This document shows positions 21,309 to 31,080 of a stretch of DNA of 64,000 nucleotides, piece after piece. Each line of letters starts with the position of its first letter. The stretch's first letter is position 1. The notes beneath the pieces are model-generated. The model ran no database searches. It was not told where the DNA came from and was given only the letters and a program-made list of their open reading frames with translations. The DNA lies in NCBI GenBank assembly GCA_029932605.1, contig JAOZPT010000002.1, positions 39,644-103,643 on the forward strand, read 5' to 3'. Source of the DNA: Candidatus Zixiibacteriota bacterium (GTDB taxonomy: Bacteria > Zixibacteria > MSB-5A5 > UBA10806 > 4484-95). The position numbers and the translations under genes were made by a program.

Positions 21309-23759
21309 TCATAAAGTTGATTGTTCGAGCAAACGATGATAAGCCTCTCGCCTTTGACGTCTCATCATGTATCGCACAATGCCAATCACAATTAAAATCA
21401 AAGGCACTAAAATAATCACGAAAAATCTCCAAAACATCTTGGCCGCAGCCGTAGTTTCATCGATAAACCTTGTTGTTATCATCTTGGTTCGGACATTGAT
21501 GAGATCATTACCCAAAACAAGGGCATCGACCGAATTAAGCATCAAGAGGGCATTACCAACCGCTCCTACGATTTGATCTGAAAACATTTCCCCACATCCA
21601 AATAATATCATCTTACCGGGAGATTTTTTAATCTTTACAGGTTCGTTATTGACCCCGGTAGTGTCCGATTGGCCAGGCCATTTGGGTGGTGGTGTATTCT
21701 CATAGGCATCGGGAAATTGACCAGTAACAAGAAGTGCCAGAAACTGTGGTCCCAACATTTCATGATTTTTAGGATCGATATCTTCAGGAGTAAGTGCCCC
21801 GGCGGAGAAAGGAACGGTCCAGGTCCTTGGTGATGACGTGCAAAGTACTTTACAGTCAAGGCCCAGCTCCGACAGTTTGCTCTCATCATATTTTAAACTA
21901 CTACCCCAGAGATACAACAAGCTAGAAATCCTGTTGGTGATTGATACTTCCGAGTTCAACTCTTTATCGGTAACTTTAATCTGTATAGGCAGTTTTACCG
22001 GTGTTTGAACGGTTGTAGTCAAAAATCCACCTATGGTCTGCCTGGTGGGAATCGAGAGCACCTCCTGATTTGCATCCATCAGTATATCATCGTTGACTGA
22101 AAGGCCATAGTGCTCGAGAAGGTCATTGACTCCCGGACGGTTAGGCGAGGGTACAACCCTAATACCAGCACCACGTTGTGGCATATAATTAAAGCTGTAG
22201 TTCTGTATCCCCATTATCACATTTTTACCGGAGACGATCGCTCTGTTTATCTCCCAGCGCTGCCGGTCAGAGAGGTTTCGGGGAGACAATACAATCATCA
22301 GGTCAAAATCATCAGGCAATGGATCCGATTGAGTCATCTCTGTCCTGATGACCTCATAATCCTCGTTTTGGAGGATTTTAGCAACGCTGGTGAATCTATC
22401 CTCCTTTTCAGGTATGTCCTGACCCATTTGCCTTAAATATCGTTGCATGCGCGGATCCTGCTGGGAGATATCATAAGGTGCAACTAATACTACTCTGGGT
22501 TTCTTATCCATAGTCATCCTAAATATCTTGGATAAGAGCTCATATTCAAGATTGGCGAGGTTTTGAGGGGTAACCTGAGGAATGATTTGATCTGGTTTAT
22601 CAAGGTATGAGATAGCAATGGCGGAATAAATCCTTTTTATACCAAAAGAATCTTTCTCAACCGTCCGAGTATCAAACGGATACACACCCTTTTGCTCGAG
22701 AGTCCCAACCATATCGACATCGGCCGTAGGGTCAATAACCTCGAAGCGGAAGCGGTCTGAAACAACCTCGAACTCACGTAAAAGGTCTGTGACTTCCTGC
22801 TCGATATTCTTCATAGCCGGAGGCATCTTCTCCCTAGGAGAAACATAGTAACGAACAGTTATTGGAGCATCCTTGAGTTTTTTGAGAATATTTTTTGATG
22901 CTGGACTGATCGTGTAAATTTTCCCCTCGGTAAGGTCAAATCGTCCTAAATGTAAATTGCCAGCGACCAGGTTCAACATTATGGCTACGGCTAAACCAAT
23001 TATCGCATTAACAGCAAACCTCTTCTCGGCCAGCCGGCGCATTAACTGTTCGACCGTTACAGAATTTAGCCACAAAAACAAAACTGTATATGAAGCGAAA
23101 TATATTATGTCTCGTATATCAAGCACACCTCGCTCTATTGATGAGAAATGGGTAGCTGTTCCAACGGATTGCATCAGAAATGAACCTAGACCACCAAACC
23201 AACCGTCCAGAACTATGGCGATATAGTCAGTTCCAAGCATGTAAAACACAAAGCAAGCTACCATGCTTAATATGAAGGCTATAATCTGGTCTTTGAACAA
23301 GCCCGATATAAAAATACCGACTGAGAGGTAAAACGCTCCCAGAAAAGCGGCGCCTAAATATCCCCCGAAAATAGGTCCTATATCAGGATTGCCCAGAAAG
23401 AGAATCATTATCGGGATGACAATAGTACCAGCAAGAGATACCAGATAAAATAAAAAGCTGGCTAAAAATTTGCCAACAACCAGTTGACTCCCGGTAATGG
23501 GAAATGATTGTAAAAGGGCTATTGTACCGCCCTTGGCATCCTCCGACCAGAGACGCATCGTCACCGCTGGAATAAAAATGATAAGGGATATTGGCAAGAG
23601 GGCAAAAAATCCGCGCATATCAGCAGTCCCAGCAAGGAAAAACGAGGTCATGAACAAACCGCTGTTAACCGCTAAAAAAACAATAATAAATATGTAAGCT
23701 ATGGGAGCGTTAAAATAGGCGACAAACTCACGTATGAATATGGTTTTTATGTTTTTCAT
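21309..23759 (-). CDS. GldF-GldG fusion: ABC-2 permease plus ABC_transp_aux periplasmic domain
   Basis: REFVAYFNAPIAY, PAVTMRLWSE, GKFLA, RGVLDIRD, then RFDLTEGKIYTIS and LEYEL. Start adjusted to the ATG at 23759, which overlaps the upstream stop. Confidence 0.85.
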   Translation of the reverse strand: MKNIKTIFIREFVAYFNAPIAYIFIIVFLAVNSGLFMTSFFLAGTADMRGFFALLPISLIIFIPAVTMRLWSEDAKGGTIALLQSFPITGSQLVVGKFLASFLFYLVSLAGTIVIPIMILFLGNPDIGPIFGGYLGAAFLGAFYLSVGIFISGLFKDQIIAFILSMVACFVFYMLGTDYIAIVLDGWFGGLGSFLMQSVGTATHFSSIERGVLDIRDIIYFASYTVLFLWLNSVTVEQLMRRLAEKRFAVNAIIGLAVAIMLNLVAGNLHLGRFDLTEGKIYTISPASKNILKKLKDAPITVRYYVSPREKMPPAMKNIEQEVTDLLREFEVVSDRFRFEVIDPTADVDMVGTLEQKGVYPFDTRTVEKDSFGIKRIYSAIAISYLDKPDQIIPQVTPQNLANLEYELLSKIFRMTMDKKPRVVLVAPYDISQQDPRMQRYLRQMGQDIPEKEDRFTSVAKILQNEDYEVIRTEMTQSDPLPDDFDLMIVLSPRNLSDRQRWEINRAIVSGKNVIMGIQNYSFNYMPQRGAGIRVVPSPNRPGVNDLLEHYGLSVNDDILMDANQEVLSIPTRQTIGGFLTTTVQTPVKLPIQIKVTDKELNSEVSITNRISSLLYLWGSSLKYDESKLSELGLDCKVLCTSSPRTWTVPFSAGALTPEDIDPKNHEMLGPQFLALLVTGQFPDAYENTPPPKWPGQSDTTGVNNEPVKIKKSPGKMILFGCGEMFSDQIVGAVGNALLMLNSVDALVLGNDLINVRTKMITTRFIDETTAAAKMFWRFFVIILVPLILIVIGIVRYMMRRQRREAYHRLLEQSTL

Positions 23760-24697
23760 TTTCCTGCACTCTCCTTGGTCAGTTGGATAAAGGCCTGCTC
23801 GAGACTTGATTTGCTGGGGGAAAACTCCTTTACCAACCAACCTTCTGTTTTAACCTTCTCCGAAATGGCTTTCCAGTCCTTCTCAAAATCGGTGCTAGTG
23901 ATAATGAACCGGCTAAATTCTCCATCACCACCTGTATATTCAAGGTGAATATTCCCATTAAAATCCTTAAACGAGGCTTCAACTTTCTGCCTCTCTGCTT
24001 TTATTTCAAGAACATAACCTTGGTTCTCACCAGCCATCTGCCTGAGTTCATCAGGAGTGCCATCAGCTATGATTATTCCCTCGTTGATAATGACTATTCG
24101 GTCGGATATGGCCTCAACCTCCTGTAAAATATGTGTGGAAAATATAATGGTCTTGTGAGCTGAAAGCTCCTTAATAAGTTGCCGTATGCCAATAATTTGA
24201 AGAGGATCAAGCCCCGAGGTCGGTTCATCCATGACCAATACTTCAGGGTCATGTATCAAGGCCTGAGCCAATCCTACTCGTTGACGGAATCCTCGTGAAA
24301 GCTCACCGATGGGGCGGCGAAAAACCTCCTTTATTTTGCAAGAGTTAACCACCCAATCGATCCTGGACCTCAAACGATTGTTATCAAGACCTCGGCCTTT
24401 ACCAACGAACTCCAGATATTCTACCACCTCCATGTCGTTGTAAAGAGGAGCTGTCTCCGGAAGGTATCCTACCTTTTTACGCACCTCTATCGGGTCTTCA
24501 AGGATGTCGATTCCAGCAACAGTAACCGTGCCATCAGTAGGAACCATCTGGGTGGTTACAATTTTCATACAGGTAGTCTTACCAGCACCATTAGGCCCCA
24601 TAAGCCCCATCACCTGGTTGGAGGAAGCGACAAAGGAGACATCGATCAAGGCCTTGGTTGTTCCGTAATTCATATAAAGATTTTTAACTTCAACCAT
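23756..24697 (-). CDS. ABC transporter ATP-binding protein (GldA-like)
   Basis: GPNGAGKTT, LSRGFRQRVGLAQA, DEPTSGLDP, STHIL. Confidence 0.9.
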   Translation of the reverse strand: MVEVKNLYMNYGTTKALIDVSFVASSNQVMGLMGPNGAGKTTCMKIVTTQMVPTDGTVTVAGIDILEDPIEVRKKVGYLPETAPLYNDMEVVEYLEFVGKGRGLDNNRLRSRIDWVVNSCKIKEVFRRPIGELSRGFRQRVGLAQALIHDPEVLVMDEPTSGLDPLQIIGIRQLIKELSAHKTIIFSTHILQEVEAISDRIVIINEGIIIADGTPDELRQMAGENQGYVLEIKAERQKVEASFKDFNGNIHLEYTGGDGEFSRFIITSTDFEKDWKAISEKVKTEGWLVKEFSPSKSSLEQAFIQLTKESAGK

Positions 24698-24918
24698 CCA
24701 TCACTCCTTTTATCATTGTTAAACACACCCACAAAAACCGATAGCCCAAATTGTTTTTTTTTACTTATAGGGCCAATTATTGTTCATCAAAAATATTATT
24801 TTTTCACCATTTAGCAAGAAAAAATATCTATGAATTATGTCCTCTCTCTTTAGTTATGCTTTGTTTTTTTCTAAATCCCGTGCTTGACTCAAATAACCAT
24901 ATCCTTTATCATTGTTTT

Positions 24919-26427
24919 ATGCAAATGGCTGTAAAGTTGACCATTGTTATTATGATAACGTTCTTTTTGTTTGCCTATGCTATCCCTGCAGATTACGACA
25001 ATCCTAATCTTTTCGACCGGTTAGATCCAAGGTTGCCCGGCCATAGAGCTATCCTCCTTTCACGCTTGCAGGTGGCTTCGGGAAACATACCGTCGGTAGA
25101 TTATAAGCAGTTAAGTAGAATAAGCCAAAGAGGTTTAAACAGAGAATTTTTTAATTTTCTCAAAAAGCCGAGAGCATACCCATTCAATTTTACGAAAGAT
25201 GACTTCAGGTTCTCAGCCGGTTTTCAAATCAAAGAGGACTGGCTGGGCATTGCTGAAGGTGGAGAAAGTATTAGCAACTTACAAACAGTTCTGACAATTA
25301 AGGGTAAGGCAATTCTGAAAGATAAAATAGAATTTCACCAGGATTTAACATTATTCCGCGCCGATAGCACTGAAAATCTCAATGATATCTCAACTACCGG
25401 TGAATTCTTAAAAGATCCACTGCTCTCTTATCCGCTGGCTGGTCGTGGACCCGTAGCCTCAAGCCAAAACATCTTGGATGTACAAACTGACAGAGCTTTC
25501 ATCAAAACCGAGCTTTACGGTATCGGCATCCAGTTTGGCAGAGATCGATTACAGTTCAAAATAGGGTATCATTCAGGTTTGTTGTTTTCAGGTTTGACAC
25601 GTCCAGTGGATATGTTTTACAAGCTGGATTATAATGTCTGGCGATTTAGTTTTACAGCTTTATCAGGTCAGTTAACCGATGCCGGTAAAAGATACATATC
25701 TGCCAAAAGGGCAACTCTCAGATTAGCCCATAATCTTCAAATTGGGGCTACCGAGGCTGTTGGCTTTGCTGATGATCCAACCGCTTATATCAACCCTCTT
25801 ATGTTGTTTTACCTGATCCATCGCCACCGCCCCAACAACCAGGATAATTTATTGGCTTCGTTCGACATATCATATACACCAATGAAAAATCTCAATCTTT
25901 ACGGTGAATTTCTTGATGATGATCTTATTCTATTCGAAGGGGGCGCCTCAAAATACGGTTTTTTATTTGGTTTGTATAAATCCCAACTGTTTTCTGAAAG
26001 GGTCGACTTAAGACTTGAGTATTCGCATGTAAGAAAATGGACCTATACCCATGTCAGCCTGATAAACGCCTGGGAGTATCGTGGTCAGCCATTCGGTTTC
26101 TGGCTTGGCCCTGACGCCGATGAGCTATTCGGACAATTAAATTTCTTTCTATCGCCCTCCTCGGTATTGAAAATAAACTTTGATTATGTGCGTAAGGGCG
26201 AGGGCGATATGTATCATCCTTATGAAGAAGAACAGGGGGACAAATCGCCTCCTTTTCCTTCCGGATTGGTCGAAAAATCGACAGGCTCATGGTTTGATGT
26301 AAGACATGAGTTTTCCAGATTTATATTTCTTTCTCGCCTGGGCTATCGCTTTATAGATAACCGTCTTAATATACCGGATGATGTCGATAGTTACTTTGCT
26401 CATATAGTGATCGTTTATGATTTTTAA
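24919..26427 (+). CDS. Capsule assembly Wzi-family outer-membrane protein
   Basis: Signal peptide from ATG 24919/24925, QFGRD, YINPL, DNLL, YGEFLDDD, WTYTH, GFWLGPDA, C-terminal aromatic residue (YDF). Confidence 0.75.
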   Translation: MQMAVKLTIVIMITFFLFAYAIPADYDNPNLFDRLDPRLPGHRAILLSRLQVASGNIPSVDYKQLSRISQRGLNREFFNFLKKPRAYPFNFTKDDFRFSAGFQIKEDWLGIAEGGESISNLQTVLTIKGKAILKDKIEFHQDLTLFRADSTENLNDISTTGEFLKDPLLSYPLAGRGPVASSQNILDVQTDRAFIKTELYGIGIQFGRDRLQFKIGYHSGLLFSGLTRPVDMFYKLDYNVWRFSFTALSGQLTDAGKRYISAKRATLRLAHNLQIGATEAVGFADDPTAYINPLMLFYLIHRHRPNNQDNLLASFDISYTPMKNLNLYGEFLDDDLILFEGGASKYGFLFGLYKSQLFSERVDLRLEYSHVRKWTYTHVSLINAWEYRGQPFGFWLGPDADELFGQLNFFLSPSSVLKINFDYVRKGEGDMYHPYEEEQGDKSPPFPSGLVEKSTGSWFDVRHEFSRFIFLSRLGYRFIDNRLNIPDDVDSYFAHIVIVYDF

Positions 26428-26486
26428 AACGACTAAAACCGTTCAAGGCATAATCGACACCGATAATATAAACTATTTATAATATC

Positions 26487-27719
26487 TTGAAAAAATCTCT
26501 AAATAAAATAATTATTATTTACACAATCGCCGTAATTCTCAGAATTATTACTGTTCTTCTTTTTGCAGATAAAAATTATATATTCTTTGAACCTTATGTT
26601 ATTGGTAAAAACCTTGCTGATGGATTAGGTTATACATTTGGCTGGTATGGCAAGGTTCCGCTTCAACCGACAGCCCTGTTTCCACCGATTTATACATTAT
26701 TCATTGCTTCAATTTTAAGTATATTTAAAAACCCCGATACTATATTCATCGTTCAATCTTTTTTAAATGCAGCTTGTGTTTTCCCTGCATATATTCTTGG
26801 CAGTTATATCAAAGACAAAAATACGGGGCTGATATCTTCTTTACTGGTGGCGGCTTTTCCGCAAATGGTCTTTGTTCCAGCCAAACTTGTCTCTGAAAAT
26901 TTTTTCATTCCGCTCTTCGGTGTAACTATCTACTCATACATATCAATCAGAGAAAAAATTTTTGGTCATAACATGAGGTTAATATTTTATGGCATTTTAG
27001 TAGGTTTGCTTACGCTAACAAAGTCCATAGGGATACTATTATTGATAACCGCAATTCTGGATATTTTCCTTAAAGGTAATAAAATTAAATATTCAATAAA
27101 ACATTCGCTTTTTATTTTAATTGCTTTTTTATCCATCATGACACCCTGGATGATAAGGAATACAATTGAACTTGGTTATCCGATAATGACCCGAACAGGT
27201 TTGGGCTTTAACCTCTGGAGAGGGAATCATCAAGGAGCCTCAGGCACCGGCCGGGTTTCGCCATGGTTGACTATCGAAAAAGCCATGTCTTATGAATATA
27301 AAAATTATATCCAACAAAATCTTCCAGAAAATGAACTTGAGATTGATAATTTCTATAAAAATGAAGCGCTAAGGTTCATCAGGAAAAATCCGATAAAATT
27401 TACCTGGCTGAGCCTGAAGAGACTTATATACTTCCTGACTATCGATCCTACTCATTACTTAACCAGAAATGTCATATACATAGCCAGTTATATTTTCTTA
27501 ATGATCTTCGGTATATCAGGTATTATCAGCATGGTCAAAAAGAAGCGATGGAACGCGTATTTTACCATGACTATTGTCTCATTTATTGTCGTTTACTCGG
27601 TAGTTATGGTACTTCCCCGATATCGCCTGCCATTAACCTGGCTTCTTTTATGTTTCTCTTCAATACCTCTCTCGAGATATCTATTGAAGGTTAAGGTAAT
27701 TAAAACCCTGATCACTTAA
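26487..27719 (+). CDS. GT-C fold glycosyltransferase (family 39/ArnT-like)
   Basis: Multi-TM; PTALFPPIY, SENFF, PWMIRN, GFNLWRGN, PRYRLP. Confidence 0.8.
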   Translation: MKKSLNKIIIIYTIAVILRIITVLLFADKNYIFFEPYVIGKNLADGLGYTFGWYGKVPLQPTALFPPIYTLFIASILSIFKNPDTIFIVQSFLNAACVFPAYILGSYIKDKNTGLISSLLVAAFPQMVFVPAKLVSENFFIPLFGVTIYSYISIREKIFGHNMRLIFYGILVGLLTLTKSIGILLLITAILDIFLKGNKIKYSIKHSLFILIAFLSIMTPWMIRNTIELGYPIMTRTGLGFNLWRGNHQGASGTGRVSPWLTIEKAMSYEYKNYIQQNLPENELEIDNFYKNEALRFIRKNPIKFTWLSLKRLIYFLTIDPTHYLTRNVIYIASYIFLMIFGISGIISMVKKKRWNAYFTMTIVSFIVVYSVVMVLPRYRLPLTWLLLCFSSIPLSRYLLKVKVIKTLIT

Positions 27720-27898
27720 CATTATTTTATTTTCTAGAACAATGTAAAATTATCATCAGACAGATAATTATAAAATGCTATGTTGATAACAAGCATTAGA
27801 TTTTATAAAGGCTCTTTTATTACTGGCGTATCCCCAAATCATACCTAAATTGAGACTTTGAAAAATACAACCATCTTTCTGTAACTTATATAAAAATA

Positions 27899-27926
27899 TT
27901 GACAACAATATATTCTGGCTTATATT
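27899..27926 (+). promoter_or_regulatory. Sigma70-type promoter of the cas6-like gene
   Basis: TTGACA-16 nt-TATATT, 55 nt upstream of the GTG start. Confidence 0.55.
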
Positions 27927-27981
27927 ATCCAAAATTATAAAATGGGAATCTTAAAACAAATATCCCGAAAGGCGTATCAGC

Positions 27982-28626
27982 GTGTTAAAGGTTAATTACC
28001 TTCTATTAACAATGAAAACCGACCGTGAAGTCAAACTGGGAGTTTCTCCTTTATCATTACAGGTTACCTCGGAATATCAGAAACTATTGAACCAATCAGG
28101 TTACACCCCATCGGGAGGTAATTACCCTTTGATTCAATATAAGGTTATTCGGGGAGCACCGATCATCGTGGCTGTTAATGAGGGATGCGATGTTCTCTGG
28201 AATATTTATGATTGCTTGGATGAAATAAACGAAAGAAGCACATGGGAGATTACCGAAAAACGGATTATCGATAAAAAAGTAAACCTTGGGCCGACCGATA
28301 AGTGGGTGCGATATCGATTCTTAACACCATGGTTGACTATTCCCGCTGAGGAACTTGGCAAAAAGACTCAAAATAACTTACAACAGAAAAACAAAATCCT
28401 TACTCCTGTGTTGGAAAATAACTTTCTGGGTATAGCCCGTAATTTCGATATCCCTGTTGAAGATGAAATAAATATCAATTTAAATGTCAGGGATAATTTC
28501 ATTATTCAGAAAGACACTGGTGTAGCTGGCTTTTTCGGTACATTCTATGCAAATTTCGAATTGCCACCATTTTTGGGACTTGGTAGGTCGATTTCCCGTG
28601 GTTTTGGTACGATTAAACATAATTAA
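27982..28626 (+). CDS. cas6: Orphan Cas6b-like (RAMP) protein
   Basis: YPLIQYK motif, YRFLTPWL, GFFGTFYANFELP, C-terminal glycine-rich loop GLGRSISRGFG; no other cas genes or array in the window. Confidence 0.8.
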   Translation: MLKVNYLLLTMKTDREVKLGVSPLSLQVTSEYQKLLNQSGYTPSGGNYPLIQYKVIRGAPIIVAVNEGCDVLWNIYDCLDEINERSTWEITEKRIIDKKVNLGPTDKWVRYRFLTPWLTIPAEELGKKTQNNLQQKNKILTPVLENNFLGIARNFDIPVEDEININLNVRDNFIIQKDTGVAGFFGTFYANFELPPFLGLGRSISRGFGTIKHN

Positions 28627-28861
28627 ATAGAATATTTTATAAAACATGGTTTAATCTAGTTTTTTATGGTTATTATTGTGGCTGACATGGAGATAATATC
28701 ACCCACGTTAAAAAACACCATCAGGATTGACTTATCAGATAAGTGGTATTATGATTTTTTTTTACTCAGCAAATAAAAAATACTCTTTTTTTAATAATCT
28801 TGACATATTTTTTATTTTGACATATAAATTGTCTTCGTTAAATATTCATAATTGAGGTAAG

Positions 28862-29455
28862 ATGTCTGGGAAGAAAGACAAGAAGTCAAAAGCAGAAGCT
28901 ATTGGTAGTGAAAAAGAAAAAAAGGCTTCTAAAGCAGCCGGCAAGCCTAAAGCTGGAGTTTCGGTTGTAGATATTAAGGAAAGTGAAGAGTATAAGGAGC
29001 TTGAGGATAAATACTTAAGGCTTGCGGCCGAGTTTGAAAATTTCAAAAAAAGAAGCGCCCGCGAATTCTCCCGCCTCATCGAGACTGCCAGTGATGATTT
29101 GATGCTTGAGTTACTGGAGGTCATCGATGATTTCCAGAGAGCACTACAGCTTGAACATTCTAATATCAAGGCTTTCCAGAAAGGTACTGAGCTGATATAT
29201 AATAAGCTTGGTGAAATCCTACGTAGAAGAAACTTAAAGGAGATAAAGGCTGTTGGTGAAGCTTTCGATCCAATGTATCACGAAGCCGTTATGCAAAAAG
29301 AGGTTGAGGACAAAGAGGATGGAATAATTATCGAGGAATTACAAAAAGGATACCTTGTTAACGATAGAGTCCTGCGACCTTCGAGAGTGGTTGTCGCCAA
29401 GAGGAAATTGCCAGAGCCCGATGAGTCAAATAATAATGATGTAAGCGAAAATTAG
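28862..29455 (+). CDS. grpE: Nucleotide exchange factor GrpE
   Basis: YLRLAAEFENFKKR, FDPMYHEA, QKGY...RVLRPSRVVV. Confidence 0.97.
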   Translation: MSGKKDKKSKAEAIGSEKEKKASKAAGKPKAGVSVVDIKESEEYKELEDKYLRLAAEFENFKKRSAREFSRLIETASDDLMLELLEVIDDFQRALQLEHSNIKAFQKGTELIYNKLGEILRRRNLKEIKAVGEAFDPMYHEAVMQKEVEDKEDGIIIEELQKGYLVNDRVLRPSRVVVAKRKLPEPDESNNNDVSEN

Positions 29456-29687
29456 CGGGGTTTAATAAAGGGACATCTTTTTCGACTAATTAATTAAAGC
29501 CTGGTTAAATAATTTGTACTCGAGAATCAGCGTTCTTCGATATGTTATTTATTAAAAATACAAGGTTCAAAAAGCTGGTTACAGACGTTTTTTTATAATA
29601 GTTGGTTTTAAGAATTATTAATCAAAAATAGATACAAATGTAATTTAGTTTAATATGATGACATAAAACATATCAAAAGGAGTTTTG

Positions 29688-30557
29688 ATGACACGGATTA
29701 TCGGTATCGTCAACTTAAAAGGTGGTGTGGGTAAGACAACAACATGTGTTAATCTTGGAGCCGCTCTTGCTTTAAAAGGGCAGAAAGTGCTTTTGATTGA
29801 CTTAGACCCCCAACAGAGCCTGACCAGCTGGGCAGGGATAGACCAGTGGCCGACAATAAGCAATGTACTCTCCGGTGAAACGGATGCTTCTCAGGCGATT
29901 GTTAAATGGGAGAAGACCGGTTGCTGGGTAATCCCATCCGGGGAAGATCTGCGCTTGAAAGAAAATCAGCTTACAACGCTTGATCAACGCGAGTTTGTCC
30001 TGAAAAATAAATTGCAGATATTGGAAGATTTCGACTATATGTTTATAGATACTTCCCCATCCTATGGACTTTTGACAATTAATGCTATTTGCGCCTCAAC
30101 CGAGATTATCATCCCCTTGCAGACTGAGATACTGGCTCTTGAAAGCACAATCCCATTTTTCGATACCCTGGGAGATATAAAAGAAAGATTTCACCCACGG
30201 TTGAAAATTACCGGTATTTTACCGTGCATGTTTGATGCACGCACCCGTTTGTCTAAAAATACTCTTGACCAGATGAGGTCATCAGAATACCTCGGACCGC
30301 TTTTATTTAAAACATTCATAAGGAAAAATGTCAGGTTGGCTGAAACTCCCGCTCAGGGTTTTGCTGTAACCCGATATTCATCAGCTTATGGTGCCGAGGA
30401 CTATATAGCCCTGGCTGAGGAGGTTCATAGCAGAGGCGGAGAACTGGGAATTGAGGTTTTACCCGACGATAAAAACGGAATTGAAATGGATTCAGCAGAA
30501 GTAATATCATCAGAATCTCAATCGCCTAATCTAATGGGAAAATCAGATGATCTTTAA
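29688..30557 (+). CDS. ParA/Soj-family ATPase (orphan, no adjacent parB)
   Basis: KGGVGKTTT deviant Walker A, DLDPQ, IDTSPS, IRKNVRLAETP; acidic C-terminal tail. Confidence 0.9.
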   Translation: MTRIIGIVNLKGGVGKTTTCVNLGAALALKGQKVLLIDLDPQQSLTSWAGIDQWPTISNVLSGETDASQAIVKWEKTGCWVIPSGEDLRLKENQLTTLDQREFVLKNKLQILEDFDYMFIDTSPSYGLLTINAICASTEIIIPLQTEILALESTIPFFDTLGDIKERFHPRLKITGILPCMFDARTRLSKNTLDQMRSSEYLGPLLFKTFIRKNVRLAETPAQGFAVTRYSSAYGAEDYIALAEEVHSRGGELGIEVLPDDKNGIEMDSAEVISSESQSPNLMGKSDDL

Positions 30558-30616
30558 TGCGATAAACTAAAGATATAATTTTTATGAAACCAGACGTTTG
30601 AAAACAGGTAGGTGAG

Positions 30617-30847
30617 ATGAGTGTTATGAAGATTTCTATTGAATACTGCGTTGAGTGAAATTATGAACCGCAAGCGACCAGTTTGGCCACAGCTTTGAAG
30701 AAACGTTTTGGCGTAAAGTCCCAATTGATTAAATCGGGCGGGGGTGTATTTGAGATTGTAAAAGACGATGTTTTGATTTTCTCCAAAAAGCAAACCGGAA
30801 GATTCCCGGAGCATGATGAGATTTTCGAAAAGATAAAGGAAAAATAA
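30617..30847 (+). CDS. Rdx (SelW/SelT/SelH) family selenoprotein with CxxU motif, in-frame UGA at 30656-30658
   Basis: Not in the ORF track. Reads MSVMKISIEYCVE-U-NYEPQATSLATALKKRFGVKSQLIKSGGGVFEIVKDDVLIFSKKQTGRFPEHDEIFEKIKEK*; AGGTGAG SD-like sequence before the ATGs at 30617/30626. Confidence 0.9.
30676..30688 (+). promoter_or_regulatory. Candidate bacterial SECIS hairpin
   Basis: GACCA-GUU-UGGCC stem-loop with G in the loop, beginning ~18 nt after the UGA. Confidence 0.5.
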
Positions 30848-31080
30848 AATAATTTTTTAACAGTAAAAGATATTTTTTTATTCGATTAAAAAAGGCCACC
30901 GATATCATACAGTTTTTTAACATCAAACCTGACAAATTGCTTTTTTAATTTGAACTTGCTTTAAAATTTTCAAATATTTATATTTTTTAACGTGGAGAAA
31001 ATATCGGGATATTCTATAATTACGATTTATGACATTAAAGTAGCTTTTAATGAAAAATCATATAAGGTGTATTTAACATA

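Noticed and set aside
27720..28861. CRISPR array beside the cas6-like gene
   Set aside because: No regularly spaced direct repeats on either side or elsewhere in the window by eye; the flanks are AT-rich promoter DNA.
30554..30935. Minus-strand ORFs 30554-30814 and 30729-30935 from the track
   Set aside because: Shadows of the plus-strand Rdx selenoprotein, with no recognisable motifs.
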